The notes beneath the pieces were generated by a model. It saw only the letters and a list, made by a program, of their open reading frames with translations, made no database searches and was not told where the DNA came from. A DNA stretch of 20,000 nucleotides, from positions 9,573,443 to 9,593,442 of the forward strand of contig NC_057749.1 of NCBI RefSeq assembly GCF_004010195.1. Direction: 5' to 3'. This document shows, one piece after another, positions 19,172-20,000 of the stretch (positions are counted from its first letter, which is position 1; each line of letters starts with the position of its first letter). The position numbers and the translations under genes are program-made. Origin of the DNA: Chiloscyllium plagiosum. Its lineage: Eukaryota.

Positions 19172-20000
19172 TAGAGTCATAGAGATGTACAGCATGGAAA
19201 CAGACACTTCGGTCCAACCCGTTCATGCCGACCAGATATCCCAACCCAATCTAGTCCCACCTGCCAGCACCCGGCCCATATCCCTCAAAACCCTTCCTAT
19301 TCATATACCCATCCAAATGCCTCTTAAATGTTGCAATTGTACCAACCTCCACCACATCCTCTGGCAGCTCATTCCATACACGTACCACCCTCTGCGTGAA
19401 AAAGTTGCCCCTGAGGTCTCTTTTATATCTTTGCCCTCTCACCCTAACCCTATGCCCTCTAGTTCTGGACACCCCGACCCCAAGACCTTGTCTATTTATC
19501 CTATCCATGCCCCTCATAATTTTGTAAACCTCTATAAGGTCACCCCTCAGCCTCCGACACTCCAGGGAAAACAGCCCCTGCCTGTTCAGCCTCTCCCTGT
19601 AGTTCAGATCCACCAACCGTGGCAACATCCTTGTAAATGTTTTCTGAACCCTTTCAAGTTTCACAACATCTTTCCGATAGGAAGGAGACCAGAATTGCGC
19701 ACAATATTCCAACAGTGGCTTAACCAATGTGCTGTACAGCCGCAACATGACCTCCCAACTTCTGTACTCAATACTCTGACCAATAAAGGAAAGCATACCA
19801 AACACCGCCTTCACTATCCTATCTACCTGCGACTCTACTTTCAAGATGCTATGAATCTGCACTCCAAGGTCTCTTTGTTCAGCAACACTCCCTAGGACCT
19901 TACCATTAAGTATATAAGTCCTGCTAAGATTTGCTTTCCCAAAATGCAGCACCTCGCATTTATCTGAATTAAACTCCATCTGCCACTTCTCAGCCCATTG
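19172..20000 (-). mobile_element. HER1/CR1 LINE 3' part, young; continues beyond the window
   Basis: Open ORF2 C-terminus; 3' tail ctctatgactcta. Confidence 0.95.
19251..20000 (-). CDS. CR1-clade LINE ORF2 (reverse transcriptase C-terminal region), partial
   Basis: QWAEKWQMEFNSDKCEVLHFG...RDLGV...LVKPLLEYCAQFWSP...LRGDLIEVYKIM...FFTQRVVRVWNELP with no stop over about 250 codons. Confidence 0.9.
   Translation of the reverse strand, partial: QWAEKWQMEFNSDKCEVLHFGKANLSRTYILNGKVLGSVAEQRDLGVQIHSILKVESQVDRIVKAVFGMLSFIGQSIEYRSWEVMLRLYSTLVKPLLEYCAQFWSPSYRKDVVKLERVQKTFTRMLPRLVDLNYRERLNRQGLFSLECRRLRGDLIEVYKIMRGMDRINRQGLGVGVSRTRGHRVRVRGQRYKRDLRGNFFTQRVVRVWNELPEDVVEVGTIATFKRHLDGYMNRKGFEGYGPGAGRWD

Noticed and set aside
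19185..19895. 236-aa plus-strand ORF
   Set aside because: Antisense shadow of CR1 ORF2; the same text recurs at 2229-2411.

Overview
Eukaryotic, repeat-dense DNA. The repeat families (HE1-type SINEs, HER1/CR1 LINEs, Deu-domain SINEs, Penelope-like elements) indicate a cartilaginous fish, most likely a shark; this is an inference from recalled families, not a search. Most long ORFs in the track are retroelement fragments or their antisense shadows. Two things stand out. (1) At least six short (~95-220 bp), mostly TSD-flanked, non-coding inserts derive from the Penelope-like (PLE) terminal repeat. Each carries a minimal hammerhead-ribozyme motif (CUGANGA-stem II-GAAAC-GUC) or a remnant of it; two have intact cores (4294-4321 +, 6274-6301 -). 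Several are fold-back or head-to-head structures, and nearly all break off at the 5' edge of the ribozyme core. (2) A chain of small GT-AG, phase-compatible minus-strand exons (about 16163 down to 2863), absent as such from the ORF track, splices into the C-terminal half of a membrane protein resembling a divergent Frag1/DRAM/Sfk1 (DRAM2/PGAP2-like) member. The window also holds a 173-bp tandem duplication, a probable solo LTR and several nested insertions. All alignments were done by eye.
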